DNA from: a virus
IMG/VR virus record: IMGVR_UViG_3300020000_000011
Location: 32,596 to 96,595 of that record
Strand: one strand, 5' to 3'
Length of the DNA: 64,000 nt
The stretch's first letter is position 1; each line of letters begins with the position of its first letter. The notes below the pieces were generated by a model. That model was given only the letters and a program-made list of their open reading frames with translations. It made no database searches and was not told the DNA's origin. The translations under genes and the position numbers were made by a program. Below are positions 16,729-27,030 of this stretch, in pieces.

Positions 16729-17624
16729 TGCCTGTTGCCAAGACGCAACCGGTCTATCCGCCCGATCCCGGCAAGGCGCTGGAAGCCGACTGGGGGATCG
16801 CCGCGTCCGAACACGTCATCCAACGGTTCGCCGACATCGCCGACCGCAACACGAAGTGGACGACACCACCGACCGGCGCGGTGTGCATCACCCTGGCCCC
16901 GTCGCTGACGTCGTGGATCTACGACGGCTCCCAGTGGATCCCGCTCGGCGGCATCCTGATCGGCGAGATCAAGATGTGGCCCGGGGTGGCGACACCGATC
17001 AACTGGTTCCCGTGCGACGGGCGAGCGTTGTCACGCACCCAGTACGCCGCGCTGTTCGCTGCGATCGGCACCGTGTGGGGACCCGGTGACGGGTCGACGT
17101 TCAACATCCCCGACTTCCGCGGCCGGGGACCGATCGGCACCGGCACCGGCACCGGCCTCACCGACCGGCCGTTGGCATCCAAGATCGGTGCCGAAACCGT
17201 CGCCCTCGGAGCGACCGAGATCCCGTCGCACTCGCACACGATCAACCACGACCACGGCTCGGCGGGCACCGGCCCCGGTAGCGCCCACGCCCACACCGGT
17301 TACACCGGCGGACAGTCGCAGAACCACGTCCACGAAACCGTGCTCGGCGTGTCGTACAACTACGTCATCCAACAAGTCGGTGGCCCGTCGGCGATCCAGT
17401 TGCAACCCGGCTCGGGTGCGACGGTCACCAGTGGCAACACGACGGCCTACGCGGCGTCGGACCACACCCACAACGTCACGACATACGGCGAAGCGTCGCA
17501 CACCCACCAGTTCGACATGCCACCGTTCGGTGGCTCCAGCGGCAACACCGGCTCGGGCGCGGCGCACAACAACATGCAACCCTCGGTCGCGGTCGGGTTC
17601 ATCATCTTCGCCGGGGCCGGATGA
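16728..17624 (+). CDS. tail collar-domain fibre protein
   Basis: IGEIKMW...WFPCDG..LSRTQYAALFAAIGT.WG.GDG.TFNIPDFRGR; HxH repeats; HNNMQPS. Confidence 0.9.
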   Translation: MPVAKTQPVYPPDPGKALEADWGIAASEHVIQRFADIADRNTKWTTPPTGAVCITLAPSLTSWIYDGSQWIPLGGILIGEIKMWPGVATPINWFPCDGRALSRTQYAALFAAIGTVWGPGDGSTFNIPDFRGRGPIGTGTGTGLTDRPLASKIGAETVALGATEIPSHSHTINHDHGSAGTGPGSAHAHTGYTGGQSQNHVHETVLGVSYNYVIQQVGGPSAIQLQPGSGATVTSGNTTAYAASDHTHNVTTYGEASHTHQFDMPPFGGSSGNTGSGAAHNNMQPSVAVGFIIFAGAG

Positions 17625-18079
17625 CCCCGCTCGGGTTCGCTCAGGCGCTCGCCGTCGACCTGGCCCCACCGTTCCCGACGGGCGGGCCGCTACCGGACCC
17701 GTTCCACGCCCAACTCGGCGACGTCGTCATCGACTGCCCGGGCACCTACGTGACGATCCAGACGATCACCGACGTCGACCCGACCGGTGGCGGTGGCCTC
17801 GGGAACCGGAACTGCGACAAGATCGAGATGGCGACCGTGATCATCATCGCCGCTCGCGACTGCTCGTTCGTCGCCAACGAGGACGGCACCACCGACTGGT
17901 CGAAGCAGGACGCCGTGTCCGCCCAACAGGACCGTGACGCCGAAGCGTTGCGCGAGCAGTGCGAGAAGTGGCGGGCCGACGCCTGGTACATCCCGCCCGG
18001 GGTCCCGGTGACGTTGGTGTACGCCAACACCGGCAATCTGGCCTGGGTGCAGATGACGTTACAGTTACCGATCCCGTAG
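17621..18079 (+). CDS. probable tail terminator / head-tail joining protein
   Basis: Position, size and cluster-B-like Cys pattern (DCPG...ARDC). Confidence 0.5.
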   Translation: MTPLGFAQALAVDLAPPFPTGGPLPDPFHAQLGDVVIDCPGTYVTIQTITDVDPTGGGGLGNRNCDKIEMATVIIIAARDCSFVANEDGTTDWSKQDAVSAQQDRDAEALREQCEKWRADAWYIPPGVPVTLVYANTGNLAWVQMTLQLPIP

Positions 18080-18089
18080 ATTCGGGGCC

Positions 18090-19613
18090 ATGACCACGAT
18101 CGCTCCTGACGTCGACATCGACGACATGAGCATCATCGAACAGATCGCGCTGCTCGACGACGACGAACGCGACCGGTTGATCGGCGACTTCGACGAGCAC
18201 GATCTCCACGACCCGGAACTGTGGCTCCGGCCGTCGCAGCTACGAGCACTGCATGACGTCGCTGCGATCGTGGCGATGCTCGCCGGGCGTGGCGCTGGCA
18301 AGACCCGTGTCGGTGCCTCGTGGTCGATCGAGAAAGCCGAAGCGGAACCCGGCTCGATCGGTCACCTCGTCGGGCGGACCGTGTCCGACTGTCGTGACGT
18401 CATGATCCAAGGCGAGTCGGGGATCCTCGCCCTGTCCCGGCCGGACTTCATGCCGACGTACACGCCGTCGCTGCGCCGGTTGGACTGGCCCAACGGCTCG
18501 CACGCGTTGACGTTCTCGTCGGAGGAACCGTCGCAGTTGCGTGGCCCGCAGTCGAACTGGACGTGGGTCGACGAGATGGCCGCGCTCAACCACCGGCCGG
18601 ACAACTCGGGGGCGACCGCCTGGGACCACGTCCGCATCGGTACCCGCCTCGGGCCGCACCCGCAGATCTTCGTGACGACGACACCGAAGCGGATCAAGGC
18701 GATCAAGGACCTCGTCGCTGAAGGCCGGACCACCCGGCGTGTGTCGCTGCACGGGGCCTCGACGTTGGCGAACCGGGCGCACCTGTCGGCCGACTACCTG
18801 CGGAACCTGTTCGACATGTACGCCGGGACCGCGCTGGAGCGCCAGGAGTTGGGTGGCGAACTGCTCGACATCGTCGAGACGGCCCTGTGGCAACCCGACG
18901 ACATTGTTATAGCGGACCATACCTTTCTGGAACGGTTCGTCGGAGTCGACACCCTGTCGGTGATCGGTGTTGACCCGGGCCTGACGACCGGCGGTGACGC
19001 CACCGGGATCGTCGTCACCCGCTCCACCCTGGAACTCGGGCTGACAACCCGGCGGGCGCTCGTCGTTGCCGACTGGACCGAAGACGGGCTGCAACCAGAA
19101 CGGTGGGCCGCTCGTGTCGTCGAGGCGTGGCGCACCGAACACGACCTGACCGGGAACGTGCCGATCATCGTCGCCGAGAAGAACGCCGGTGGCGAGATGA
19201 TCGCCACCACCATCGAAGGTGTCGCCGGAGAGAACGCGCTGCCGATCGCTCTCGTCCCGGCGTCACGTTCGAAGGCTGCTCGTGCCGAACCGATCGTGCT
19301 CGCCTACCGCCAAGGGCGCGTCCGCCACATCGAGGACTTCGTCGAGATGCAAGAGGAAATGACCGGCTGGGAACCACCGGTGCCCGGCGTGTCGAAAGGC
19401 TCCGGCTGGTCGCCGAACAAGATGGACGCGCTGGTCACGGCGTTGCGCGCCCAGCTTGTCGACGACAAGCCGTTGCGCCGGTTCGGCCGGTTGGACGCTC
19501 AGGAGACGTCCGAAGTGCTCCACGTCGAAGAGGCCCGCTGGCGTCGCGGCATCAAGCCGCTCGGGCACATGCCGTGGCGCCAAGAGGCAGAAGACATCGA
19601 CCCGCCGTACTGA
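18090..19613 (+). CDS. terL: terminase large subunit
   Basis: AGRGAGKT, LRGPQ..WVDE, TTTP, nuclease IGVDP...DATGIVV, AEKNAGG, SPNKMDAL. Confidence 0.95.
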   Translation: MTTIAPDVDIDDMSIIEQIALLDDDERDRLIGDFDEHDLHDPELWLRPSQLRALHDVAAIVAMLAGRGAGKTRVGASWSIEKAEAEPGSIGHLVGRTVSDCRDVMIQGESGILALSRPDFMPTYTPSLRRLDWPNGSHALTFSSEEPSQLRGPQSNWTWVDEMAALNHRPDNSGATAWDHVRIGTRLGPHPQIFVTTTPKRIKAIKDLVAEGRTTRRVSLHGASTLANRAHLSADYLRNLFDMYAGTALERQELGGELLDIVETALWQPDDIVIADHTFLERFVGVDTLSVIGVDPGLTTGGDATGIVVTRSTLELGLTTRRALVVADWTEDGLQPERWAARVVEAWRTEHDLTGNVPIIVAEKNAGGEMIATTIEGVAGENALPIALVPASRSKAARAEPIVLAYRQGRVRHIEDFVEMQEEMTGWEPPVPGVSKGSGWSPNKMDALVTALRAQLVDDKPLRRFGRLDAQETSEVLHVEEARWRRGIKPLGHMPWRQEAEDIDPPY

Positions 19614-19632
19614 GTGGCTACGCTCGCGGTTC

Positions 19633-19881
19633 ATGAGCGATACCGGAGTTTCGTACAACGACGCACCGACGGAGGGCACGGAGGAAGTCGTCATCCCGGC
19701 CCCGTGCGCTGTGTCGATCTACACCGGAGTGATCACCGCCGGAGGCGAGATCGACGACATCGACCGTCGACTGCTCGTCGGCTGGAACTCGGCCGGTTCC
19801 CCGATCGTGGTCGGCGACAACGGCGCGCTGCGCCTGCTGGAACCCGGCGAAGCGGTCACCGCCCTGGAGTGGTCCGACTGA
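19633..19881 (+). CDS. hypothetical protein
   Basis: TACGCT 8 nt before the ATG. Confidence 0.55.
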   Translation: MSDTGVSYNDAPTEGTEEVVIPAPCAVSIYTGVITAGGEIDDIDRRLLVGWNSAGSPIVVGDNGALRLLEPGEAVTALEWSD

Positions 19882-20276
19882 TGCCCGGTGTCATCTCGGC
19901 ACCGGCGCGCACACCGGTGTTCCTCGTGTGGGGCGCCTACGTGGCGATCACCGGTGCCCGCTCCCATCCTCGTGGCCGTGTGTGGATCCTCGCCGACTCG
20001 GCCGACATCGACGCTCGGATGACGTGCGTGATCGCCTGGAACGACCCTGTGACCGGACGGGCCACGTACGAAGATCTCGGCGAACTCGCCCAAGCCTCGG
20101 TGCGCCCGAAGAAGCATTCGGAGTTCCACATGATCTCGGGTGAGACGATCATGACTGTCGAGCATCCGTGCGTGTGCGGCGCCGGGCAGGTCGGTAACGC
20201 CGCTCCCGCCGAAGGGCGGATCACACTGACGTACGTCAACCCGTACAACCGGCCGCGTCTGAACCTGCTGACGTGA
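19881..20276 (+). CDS. hypothetical protein (CxCG motif)
   Basis: TGATG-coupled to upstream gene. Confidence 0.55.
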   Translation: MPGVISAPARTPVFLVWGAYVAITGARSHPRGRVWILADSADIDARMTCVIAWNDPVTGRATYEDLGELAQASVRPKKHSEFHMISGETIMTVEHPCVCGAGQVGNAAPAEGRITLTYVNPYNRPRLNLLT

Positions 20277-20440
20277 GAGCCGCGCAGATCGCGATTGCTG
20301 TGCTCGCCGGTGTGCTGATCGCCGCCGGGACCGTGCTGCTGGTCACCGACCGGACCGTGTCCGGCTGGATCATGGGCGGGTTCGGGCTGCTCGGGTTCAT
20401 GACGCTGCTCGGCATGGTCGCCGCGGACCGGCGGACGTGA
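20273..20440 (+). CDS. two-TM small membrane protein
   Basis: GTGA overlap; two hydrophobic helices. Confidence 0.5.
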   Translation: MRAAQIAIAVLAGVLIAAGTVLLVTDRTVSGWIMGGFGLLGFMTLLGMVAADRRT

Positions 20441-20443
20441 GTC

Positions 20444-21253
20444 GTGGCCACCGCCGACGACGCAGCCGAGGCGGCACGAGCGCGTGACGACATCGAAACT
20501 CAGACGAAGCTGGTGTACGCAGCGGCGCTCGCATGGGTGGCGTTCCACGGCGAGGACGAGGAACCGGCCAAGGACTCCACACTGGCACGTGCGTCGACGA
20601 CGCTCTCACTGATGCTGCTGCGCTCGCTGAAGCGCATGACCCGAGCGCCGGTGCCGATGCCCCGCGGCGAGGACAGGGCCAAGTGGATCGACAGCACCGC
20701 CCACGATGTCACCAGACGGGCCGTGAAGGACGCGAGGGCGCATTGGTCCACCGTGTACAAGCGGGAGAAGCGCAAGGCCGCTGACGTGTCGCTGCGGACC
20801 GTGCAGACGGTGTTCGCCGACGAGAAGGCATGGTCGGAGGCGGCAGCGCGCACCGAAGCCACCCAACTCGCTGCCGAGTCGGCGATGACGCTGCACCCCG
20901 ACGTCGAGACGATCACCGGGGAACCGCACTCCAAGATGTGGATCTCGCGTGGCGATTCGAAGGTCCGCAAGTCGCACCGCCACCTCCACGCCAACGTGAT
21001 CCCGGTCGGCGACGCGTTCAAACCGGGCCTGAGCTACCCCGGCGACCCGACCGCCCCGCCGGAGGAACGGTACAACTGCCGGTGCGTCCTGTTCCTGGTG
21101 CCGACTGCCGAGGCCGACAAGGCGAACGAGGTGTTCAAGGCGGAGGACTTCGTCGGTGACGCCGACGCTCTGGCGGCATCCGGTGTGTCGAAGTGGGACC
21201 GTGAGCAGGCGCGCAGGGACTGGCTCGTCGAGCAAGGATTAATGAACCTCTGA
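20444..21253 (+). CDS. MuF-like minor head protein
   Basis: ARTEA...KMWISRGDSKVRKSH...YPGDP..P.EE.YNCRC. Confidence 0.85.
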   Translation: MATADDAAEAARARDDIETQTKLVYAAALAWVAFHGEDEEPAKDSTLARASTTLSLMLLRSLKRMTRAPVPMPRGEDRAKWIDSTAHDVTRRAVKDARAHWSTVYKREKRKAADVSLRTVQTVFADEKAWSEAAARTEATQLAAESAMTLHPDVETITGEPHSKMWISRGDSKVRKSHRHLHANVIPVGDAFKPGLSYPGDPTAPPEERYNCRCVLFLVPTAEADKANEVFKAEDFVGDADALAASGVSKWDREQARRDWLVEQGLMNL

Positions 21254-21293
21254 GGTTGTGGCACCTACCGTACACGGTGCTATACTTCAGACC

Positions 21294-22826
21294 ATGACCG
21301 AGACACAGACTCCCCCGCCCGCCTGCGAGAAGTGCGGCGATACCGGCACCATCCCACCCTTCATGGACGCCTGCACCTGCGGCGCGATGCCCACCAGCTA
21401 CGCACCCGAGTTCCCGGCACCCAGCGTTGTCGAGGCCGGAGCCGCGATGGACGCCTGGGACGCCGAGCACCCCGAGGTCCGCCCCATGATCCCTGGCACG
21501 ACGATCCCGACGCCCGGCTTCCCCGCCCACCCGGCCACCGGCCAGGTTCACCACCACGACAACGGCAGCGCCTACATCTTCACCGGCGCCACCTGGAACG
21601 TGATCCCGTCCGGCTTCCCGCTCGACCCGAAGGTCGGCGAGATCTCGTGGAACATGGGCAAGGCGTACGCCTGGGACGGCTCGACGTGGCGCCAGTTCGA
21701 CACCGAGGCCCTGACCTACGAGCAGTTCCACGCCCGCTACGGCCCCGACGCCGTGCTGCCCGAGGCCGAGGTCGAGCGCGAAGCCGACGACGCTGCGCTG
21801 TTCGCCCGCCGTGCTGCCGAGATGGAAGCCGAAGAGAACACGGCGACATGGGGCGACATCGACGGCGGCACCCCCGAGTCCTCGTCGACCTGGTCCGGTG
21901 GCGCAACGTGGGGTGCGCCCGCAGCCGACGACAAGGTCACCGCTGCCGGACCCGAGATCGAGTGGGCCGACGTCCACGGTGTCGCCGAGGAAACCGACGG
22001 CGAGTACGTGACGACCACCGCCACCATCGCCGAAACCGTCGCAGCCGTCGTCGCCGCTCACCCACCGACCGGTGTGAAGCTGGCCTCGGCTCCGCAAGGT
22101 GCGCTGCTGGCCCGCCTGATCGCCGAACGCGACCCGGCCAACATCCTCGTCCAAGCCGCCAAGAGCGAATGCACCGGCCCGCCGATGACCGCCAAGCGGG
22201 CCTCGCAACTGATCGACGCCCTCGTCAAGCTGCCCTCCACGAAGCCGCCGGTCCGACCGAACAAGTACCCGGGCGCGTGCGTCAAGTGCAGCGGCGAAGT
22301 TGCCGCCGGGGCCGGACGCATCGAGAAGGACTCCAGCACCGGCCGCTGGAAGACCTACCACCTCACCGGTAGCGACTGCATCACCGACGCCGAGAAGGCC
22401 AAGCTGGAGATCGACCGAGTCGACGAGCCGGGCCTGTACAGCTACATCACCGGCGACATCTACCGAGTTCGTCACGCCCGCGGTTCGAAGCGGCTGTACG
22501 GCGAGAAGGTCGTCACCTACGAACGCCACAACCCCGACGGGACCTCCTACACCGAAGTCCGGTTCGTCTACAACGGCAACGCGATGCGGTTTCTCCGCAA
22601 GGTCGACAAGCTGACGTGGGCCGAGGCCCGCGACTTCGGCAAGGCGTACGGCGCCTGCGTGGCATGCGGCCGGACCCTCAACGATCCCCGCTCCCTCGTC
22701 CAGTCGTACGGTCCGACGTGCGCCAAGAAATACCACTGGCCGACCGTCACGCTGAAGCAGGCCGAGGCGATCATCGCCGGGACCGTCACCTGGGAAGAGG
22801 TCACCGGGGCGCTGACCGTCCTGTAG
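21294..22826 (+). CDS. multidomain Zn-binding protein with C-terminal DUF6011-like domain
   Basis: CEKC, RPNKYPGACVKC, YGACVACGRTLNDPRS...YGPTCAKK; leaderless TATACT. Confidence 0.7.
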   Translation: MTETQTPPPACEKCGDTGTIPPFMDACTCGAMPTSYAPEFPAPSVVEAGAAMDAWDAEHPEVRPMIPGTTIPTPGFPAHPATGQVHHHDNGSAYIFTGATWNVIPSGFPLDPKVGEISWNMGKAYAWDGSTWRQFDTEALTYEQFHARYGPDAVLPEAEVEREADDAALFARRAAEMEAEENTATWGDIDGGTPESSSTWSGGATWGAPAADDKVTAAGPEIEWADVHGVAEETDGEYVTTTATIAETVAAVVAAHPPTGVKLASAPQGALLARLIAERDPANILVQAAKSECTGPPMTAKRASQLIDALVKLPSTKPPVRPNKYPGACVKCSGEVAAGAGRIEKDSSTGRWKTYHLTGSDCITDAEKAKLEIDRVDEPGLYSYITGDIYRVRHARGSKRLYGEKVVTYERHNPDGTSYTEVRFVYNGNAMRFLRKVDKLTWAEARDFGKAYGACVACGRTLNDPRSLVQSYGPTCAKKYHWPTVTLKQAEAIIAGTVTWEEVTGALTVL

Positions 22827-22867
22827 GTCACGGGGCCGGTGGCCTCGGCAACGTAGTGTTGCGGGCT

Positions 22868-23353
22868 GTGAGCAACGTTCCCGCTGTATCGACGGTCTGG
22901 GCCGGGTCCACGGACCCCGCTCCAGCCCCGCAACCGAGCGCGATGGCACGCTCGGTGGCACCACAAGCCCAGCAGACCGTCCAGGTGAGCCTGCAAGCCG
23001 CCTCGCAGACGATCGTGTTCTCTCAGCCCACCGAGGTCGACCTGGTCGTCTACAGGGGCGACACGGGCCGGTTCCGTGTCTCGGTGTCGAACCCCGACGG
23101 ATCCCCGCTCGATGTGTCGGCCGCGACGTGGGACTGCGACATCCGCACCAGCGAGGACGCCGAGCCGCCGTTGGCGTCGCTCAACGTCTACCCCGTCGCG
23201 GGTGAAACCGACACCATCGAGGTCCAACTCAACTCGATCACGTCGAGAACGTTGACCGGCGGCGTGTGGGATCTGGAGATGACCCTCGGCGGCGAAGTGC
23301 AGACTCTCCTGAAAGGCAGAGTCATCGTCCAGAAGGACGTGTCGAGGACGTGA
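22868..23353 (+). CDS. baseplate/fibre adaptor (BppU-like Ig fold)
   Basis: DLVVYRGDT.RF...PLDVS...GVWDLEM...TLLKGRVIV..DV. Confidence 0.65.
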   Translation: MSNVPAVSTVWAGSTDPAPAPQPSAMARSVAPQAQQTVQVSLQAASQTIVFSQPTEVDLVVYRGDTGRFRVSVSNPDGSPLDVSAATWDCDIRTSEDAEPPLASLNVYPVAGETDTIEVQLNSITSRTLTGGVWDLEMTLGGEVQTLLKGRVIVQKDVSRT

Positions 23354-25200
23354 GCGACGTCGACCCGTGCATGACCGTTGACATCGGTGTCACCGCCGGG
23401 CCGACACCGGAGATCGCTGCTGTTGCGCGCCCCGCTGTCGGCGGGGTCATCGTCTCGACGATCGCCGCGCAACCAGTCGCCGCTGTCGTCGGTGGACGCA
23501 CCTCGACCCTCACCGCCATCCGCCCGGCCGTTCCCCAAGTCGGCGGCACGACCCGCCTCACCGCAGGCGTCACCGCGCCGACACCGTCAGTCGGCCACGT
23601 CGGCCTGATCGGCACCCCCGGCCCGCCAGGACCGCCAGGCCCCGAAGGCCCCGAAGGCCCGGCCGGTCCGCCAGGGTCCGGCGTCGCAATCATCGGCTCG
23701 ATCGAAGAAACCGATCCGCCGCCCGTCGACCCGTCGACCGGTGACATGTGGGTCCTCGGTGACCCTGTCCCGTCGTGGGCGCCACCATCGGCGACCGGTC
23801 CGGCGCAACCAGGCGACGGGATCGTGTGGGACGGCGACGAGTGGATCAACACCGGCCAGATCCAAGGCCCGTCAGGTCCGCCAGGCGAGTCGGGGCTGCT
23901 CCCGCAGTTCCACATCGACGGTGCCACAAGCTGGTTCACGGCCACCGAACCGGGGATGTACTCGACCGACAAGATCGTCCAGCCGACGGTCTTCGCTCCG
24001 CTGTACATCTACCCGAGCTACCTCGGATGGTGGGACCCGTACTACGCGAACCCTCCCGACTGGGGCGTCGTCAACGTCGCCGGTGGGCCGGGGACCGCAC
24101 CGAACTCCGACTACACGTTGGGGATCAACACCTTGCGTGGCCTCGGGTCGAAGCTGCTCGGCTACGTCGACACGAATTACGGGGCCGTGCTGCTGACGAC
24201 CGTGAAGGCCGACATCGACCTGTGGTTCTCGCTGTACAACGTCGACGGGATCTTCTTCGACCGGGTACCGACCGGGGCCTCGGCTCCCGAGATCACGTAC
24301 ATGGCCGACGCCGCGGCCTACGCGAAAGCGAAGCAGGCCGGGTGGAAGGTGGCGTTCAACCACGGCGACTATCCGATCGTCTCCGACTACGCCACGGTCG
24401 CCGACTTCTCGATCGTCTTCGAGAACACGTACACCGTGTACACGACGTTCGCTATACCAAGCTATGCGACATACGTGCCGGGGTTCCCGGCGTCGCAGTG
24501 GGTGCATCTCGTGCACGCCTGCCCCGACGAAACGAGCATGCGCGACGCCGCCGCTCGATGCACCGCCTTCGACGTCGCCAACTTCTACGCGACCGCCGAC
24601 GCCAACTTCGCCGAGATCCCGCCGTACTACTCGGCAGAGTTCGATCTCGCGACGGGGCAACAGGCGGCGCCGGATGCGCGCTGGTCGTCCGGCACGCTGA
24701 CCGTGTTCCAAGGTCTGAGCGACGACCTGATGCAGATGTGGATGGGTGACAACACGAACACCTGGTTCCGTGTCTACACCGCAGAGTTCAACGCGTGGTC
24801 GGCATGGACGACATCGGTGCGCCTCCCCTCCGAGGCCGGGCAGACGTTGGTGTCCGTCGACGACGGCTTCGGAGGGTTCACGTTCTACCCGGGGCCGTAC
24901 GTGTCCGGCGACGACGCGAACGAGGTGTTCATCGGACCCGACGACCCGGGCACCGACGTCGGATTCGAACTGTGGTACGACGTCGACGACGAGGGCACCG
25001 GCGCCGGACTCAGCTACGTCCACCACCAGACCCTGTTGACGACCGTGTGGACGATCGTTCACAACCTCGGCTGGTTCCCGAACGTGCTCGTGATCGACAG
25101 TGCCGGGGCCAACGTCGAAGGCGACATCACCCAGGTCGACCACAACTCGATGCGGATCCAGTTCAGCGCCTCTTTCACCGGGACCGCCTACCTCTCGTAA
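23350..25200 (+). CDS. fibre protein with collagen repeats and spherulin-4 (GH135)-like domain
   Basis: GPP repeats; PLYIYP...VVNVAGGPG...LLGYVDTNYG...YNVDGIFFD...FNHG...FEN; C-terminal WTIVHNLG domain. Confidence 0.75.
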   Translation: MSDVDPCMTVDIGVTAGPTPEIAAVARPAVGGVIVSTIAAQPVAAVVGGRTSTLTAIRPAVPQVGGTTRLTAGVTAPTPSVGHVGLIGTPGPPGPPGPEGPEGPAGPPGSGVAIIGSIEETDPPPVDPSTGDMWVLGDPVPSWAPPSATGPAQPGDGIVWDGDEWINTGQIQGPSGPPGESGLLPQFHIDGATSWFTATEPGMYSTDKIVQPTVFAPLYIYPSYLGWWDPYYANPPDWGVVNVAGGPGTAPNSDYTLGINTLRGLGSKLLGYVDTNYGAVLLTTVKADIDLWFSLYNVDGIFFDRVPTGASAPEITYMADAAAYAKAKQAGWKVAFNHGDYPIVSDYATVADFSIVFENTYTVYTTFAIPSYATYVPGFPASQWVHLVHACPDETSMRDAAARCTAFDVANFYATADANFAEIPPYYSAEFDLATGQQAAPDARWSSGTLTVFQGLSDDLMQMWMGDNTNTWFRVYTAEFNAWSAWTTSVRLPSEAGQTLVSVDDGFGGFTFYPGPYVSGDDANEVFIGPDDPGTDVGFELWYDVDDEGTGAGLSYVHHQTLLTTVWTIVHNLGWFPNVLVIDSAGANVEGDITQVDHNSMRIQFSASFTGTAYLS

Positions 25201-25212
25201 AGGGGCACAGCA

Positions 25213-27030
25213 ATGGCACGCAACTTCCTCACCGCGATCAACCTCAACAAGAACGAGTTGCAGAACGCCGCGGTCCAGAACCTTGGTACGGCACCGCTGA
25301 CGCCGGTCAAGGGCCAGTTGTACTTCAACTCGACCGGTGGTGATAACACCCTATACTGGTGGGACGGTACGTCGTGGATCCCGGCCAAAGCGACGTCGAC
25401 GATCGCAATGGGACCAGTCGCAGCGGAGCAGACCTTCGGCAGCGCCTCGGCTGACGGTGTCGCTTCGACGGCGTCACGGTCCGATCACAAGCACGGCAAC
25501 CCGGCACACGACAACGCAGCCCACTCGGCGATCCCGCTGTACGCGTTGCAGAACCCGTTCGGCCCGTCGACGTCCGAGAAGGTGTTCGGCGCCGACGCCG
25601 CGAACGGTGTGTCGAACTCGGCGGCACGAGCCGATCATACCCACGGCAACCCGTACCACGACGGCCCCGCGCACGCCTCCGTCTCGCTCTCGGCGCTCGC
25701 CGCGCCGACCGCCGATCTCAGCATGGCCGGGTTCAAGATCACCAGCCTCGGCACACCGACCGCAGGGACCGACGCAGCCAACAAGGCGTACGTCGACAAC
25801 CTCGCCGCGGGTCTGATCTGGAAAGCGCCGGTGCGGTTGGCGAGTGCCCCTGCGACCAACTACGGGACACTGGCGGGGCTGATCGCAGTCGATGGCGTGA
25901 CTCCGGTTGCTGGTGACCGCATCCTGCTGAAGAGCCAATCGACGCCAGCGAACAACGGCATCTACATCGCAGCCGTCGGTGCATGGACTCGGGCGACTGA
26001 CGCCGACACCAGCGCCGAGTTGGTCGACGCCGCAGTGTTCGTCTCCGAAGGCACCGTCAACGCCGACACCGCATGGGTGCAGACAGCCAACGCACCGATC
26101 ACCATCGGCACGACAACGATCACTTGGGTCCAGTTCGTTGGCGGCGGCGCGGTCACCGCCGGTGCCGGTATGACCCAAGTGGGCAACCAACTCGACGTTG
26201 TTGCCGCCAACGGCTCGATCGTCGTCGGCCCCGACGACATCCAAGTCGGCTACCCCGGCACTGGTGGCGCCAACGGTTCGGCAGTCACCGCGGCGCGCTC
26301 CGACCACAACCACGACGCCACCTACGTCAACGTCACCGGCGACACGATGTCCGACACGCTGAACATCACCAAGAACCTCGGCATCGGCCTCGCCGCCAAC
26401 GCTTCGGCAGTTCAGGCAGCGACCTTCGTCGCCCTCAACGGAGGGCTGGACGGCAACAGCGTCAACCTTCACGGTTCCGGCGCGGCGTTGACGGTCGGCG
26501 GCTCGTTCTCGTCGGTGGACTTCTCCAACCTCGCCGACCAGGTGACGCTCCCGGCGTTCACCCCGGTCCAAAACAACCACGCGGCAACGAAGGCGTACGT
26601 CGATTCTCGCGACGGGGTGATCTCGACCGACGGCGACAAGGGCGACATCACCGTTGGCGGCACCGGCACCACGATGTCGATCGACGCTGCTGCGGTGACC
26701 AACGCCAAGTTGGCGAACATGGCTTCGCTGACGGTCAAGGGCAACAACGTTTCGGCGGGTCCTCCCCTTGATCTGTCGATGGCCCAACTCTCCAACATGC
26801 TCGCCGCGACGTTGGTCAAGAAGTACATCACCCAAGCCGGTGGGTCGACCACTCATGTCATCAACCACAACATGGGCGACAAGGCCGTGATGGTGCAGGT
26901 GTACTCCAACGTCGCACCGTACGACGAGATCGAATGCGACGTCGAACACACCGACATCAACAACGTCACGTTGCGCTTCGCTCCAGTGGCCCCGGCAGCC
27001 AACTCCCTCACGGTGATCGTCCACTACTGA
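25213..27030 (+). CDS. tail fibre protein
   Basis: SRSDHKH/ARADHTH repeats, [29 protein letters not shown]; C-terminal HNMG domain. Confidence 0.8.
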   Translation: MARNFLTAINLNKNELQNAAVQNLGTAPLTPVKGQLYFNSTGGDNTLYWWDGTSWIPAKATSTIAMGPVAAEQTFGSASADGVASTASRSDHKHGNPAHDNAAHSAIPLYALQNPFGPSTSEKVFGADAANGVSNSAARADHTHGNPYHDGPAHASVSLSALAAPTADLSMAGFKITSLGTPTAGTDAANKAYVDNLAAGLIWKAPVRLASAPATNYGTLAGLIAVDGVTPVAGDRILLKSQSTPANNGIYIAAVGAWTRATDADTSAELVDAAVFVSEGTVNADTAWVQTANAPITIGTTTITWVQFVGGGAVTAGAGMTQVGNQLDVVAANGSIVVGPDDIQVGYPGTGGANGSAVTAARSDHNHDATYVNVTGDTMSDTLNITKNLGIGLAANASAVQAATFVALNGGLDGNSVNLHGSGAALTVGGSFSSVDFSNLADQVTLPAFTPVQNNHAATKAYVDSRDGVISTDGDKGDITVGGTGTTMSIDAAAVTNAKLANMASLTVKGNNVSAGPPLDLSMAQLSNMLAATLVKKYITQAGGSTTHVINHNMGDKAVMVQVYSNVAPYDEIECDVEHTDINNVTLRFAPVAPAANSLTVIVHY

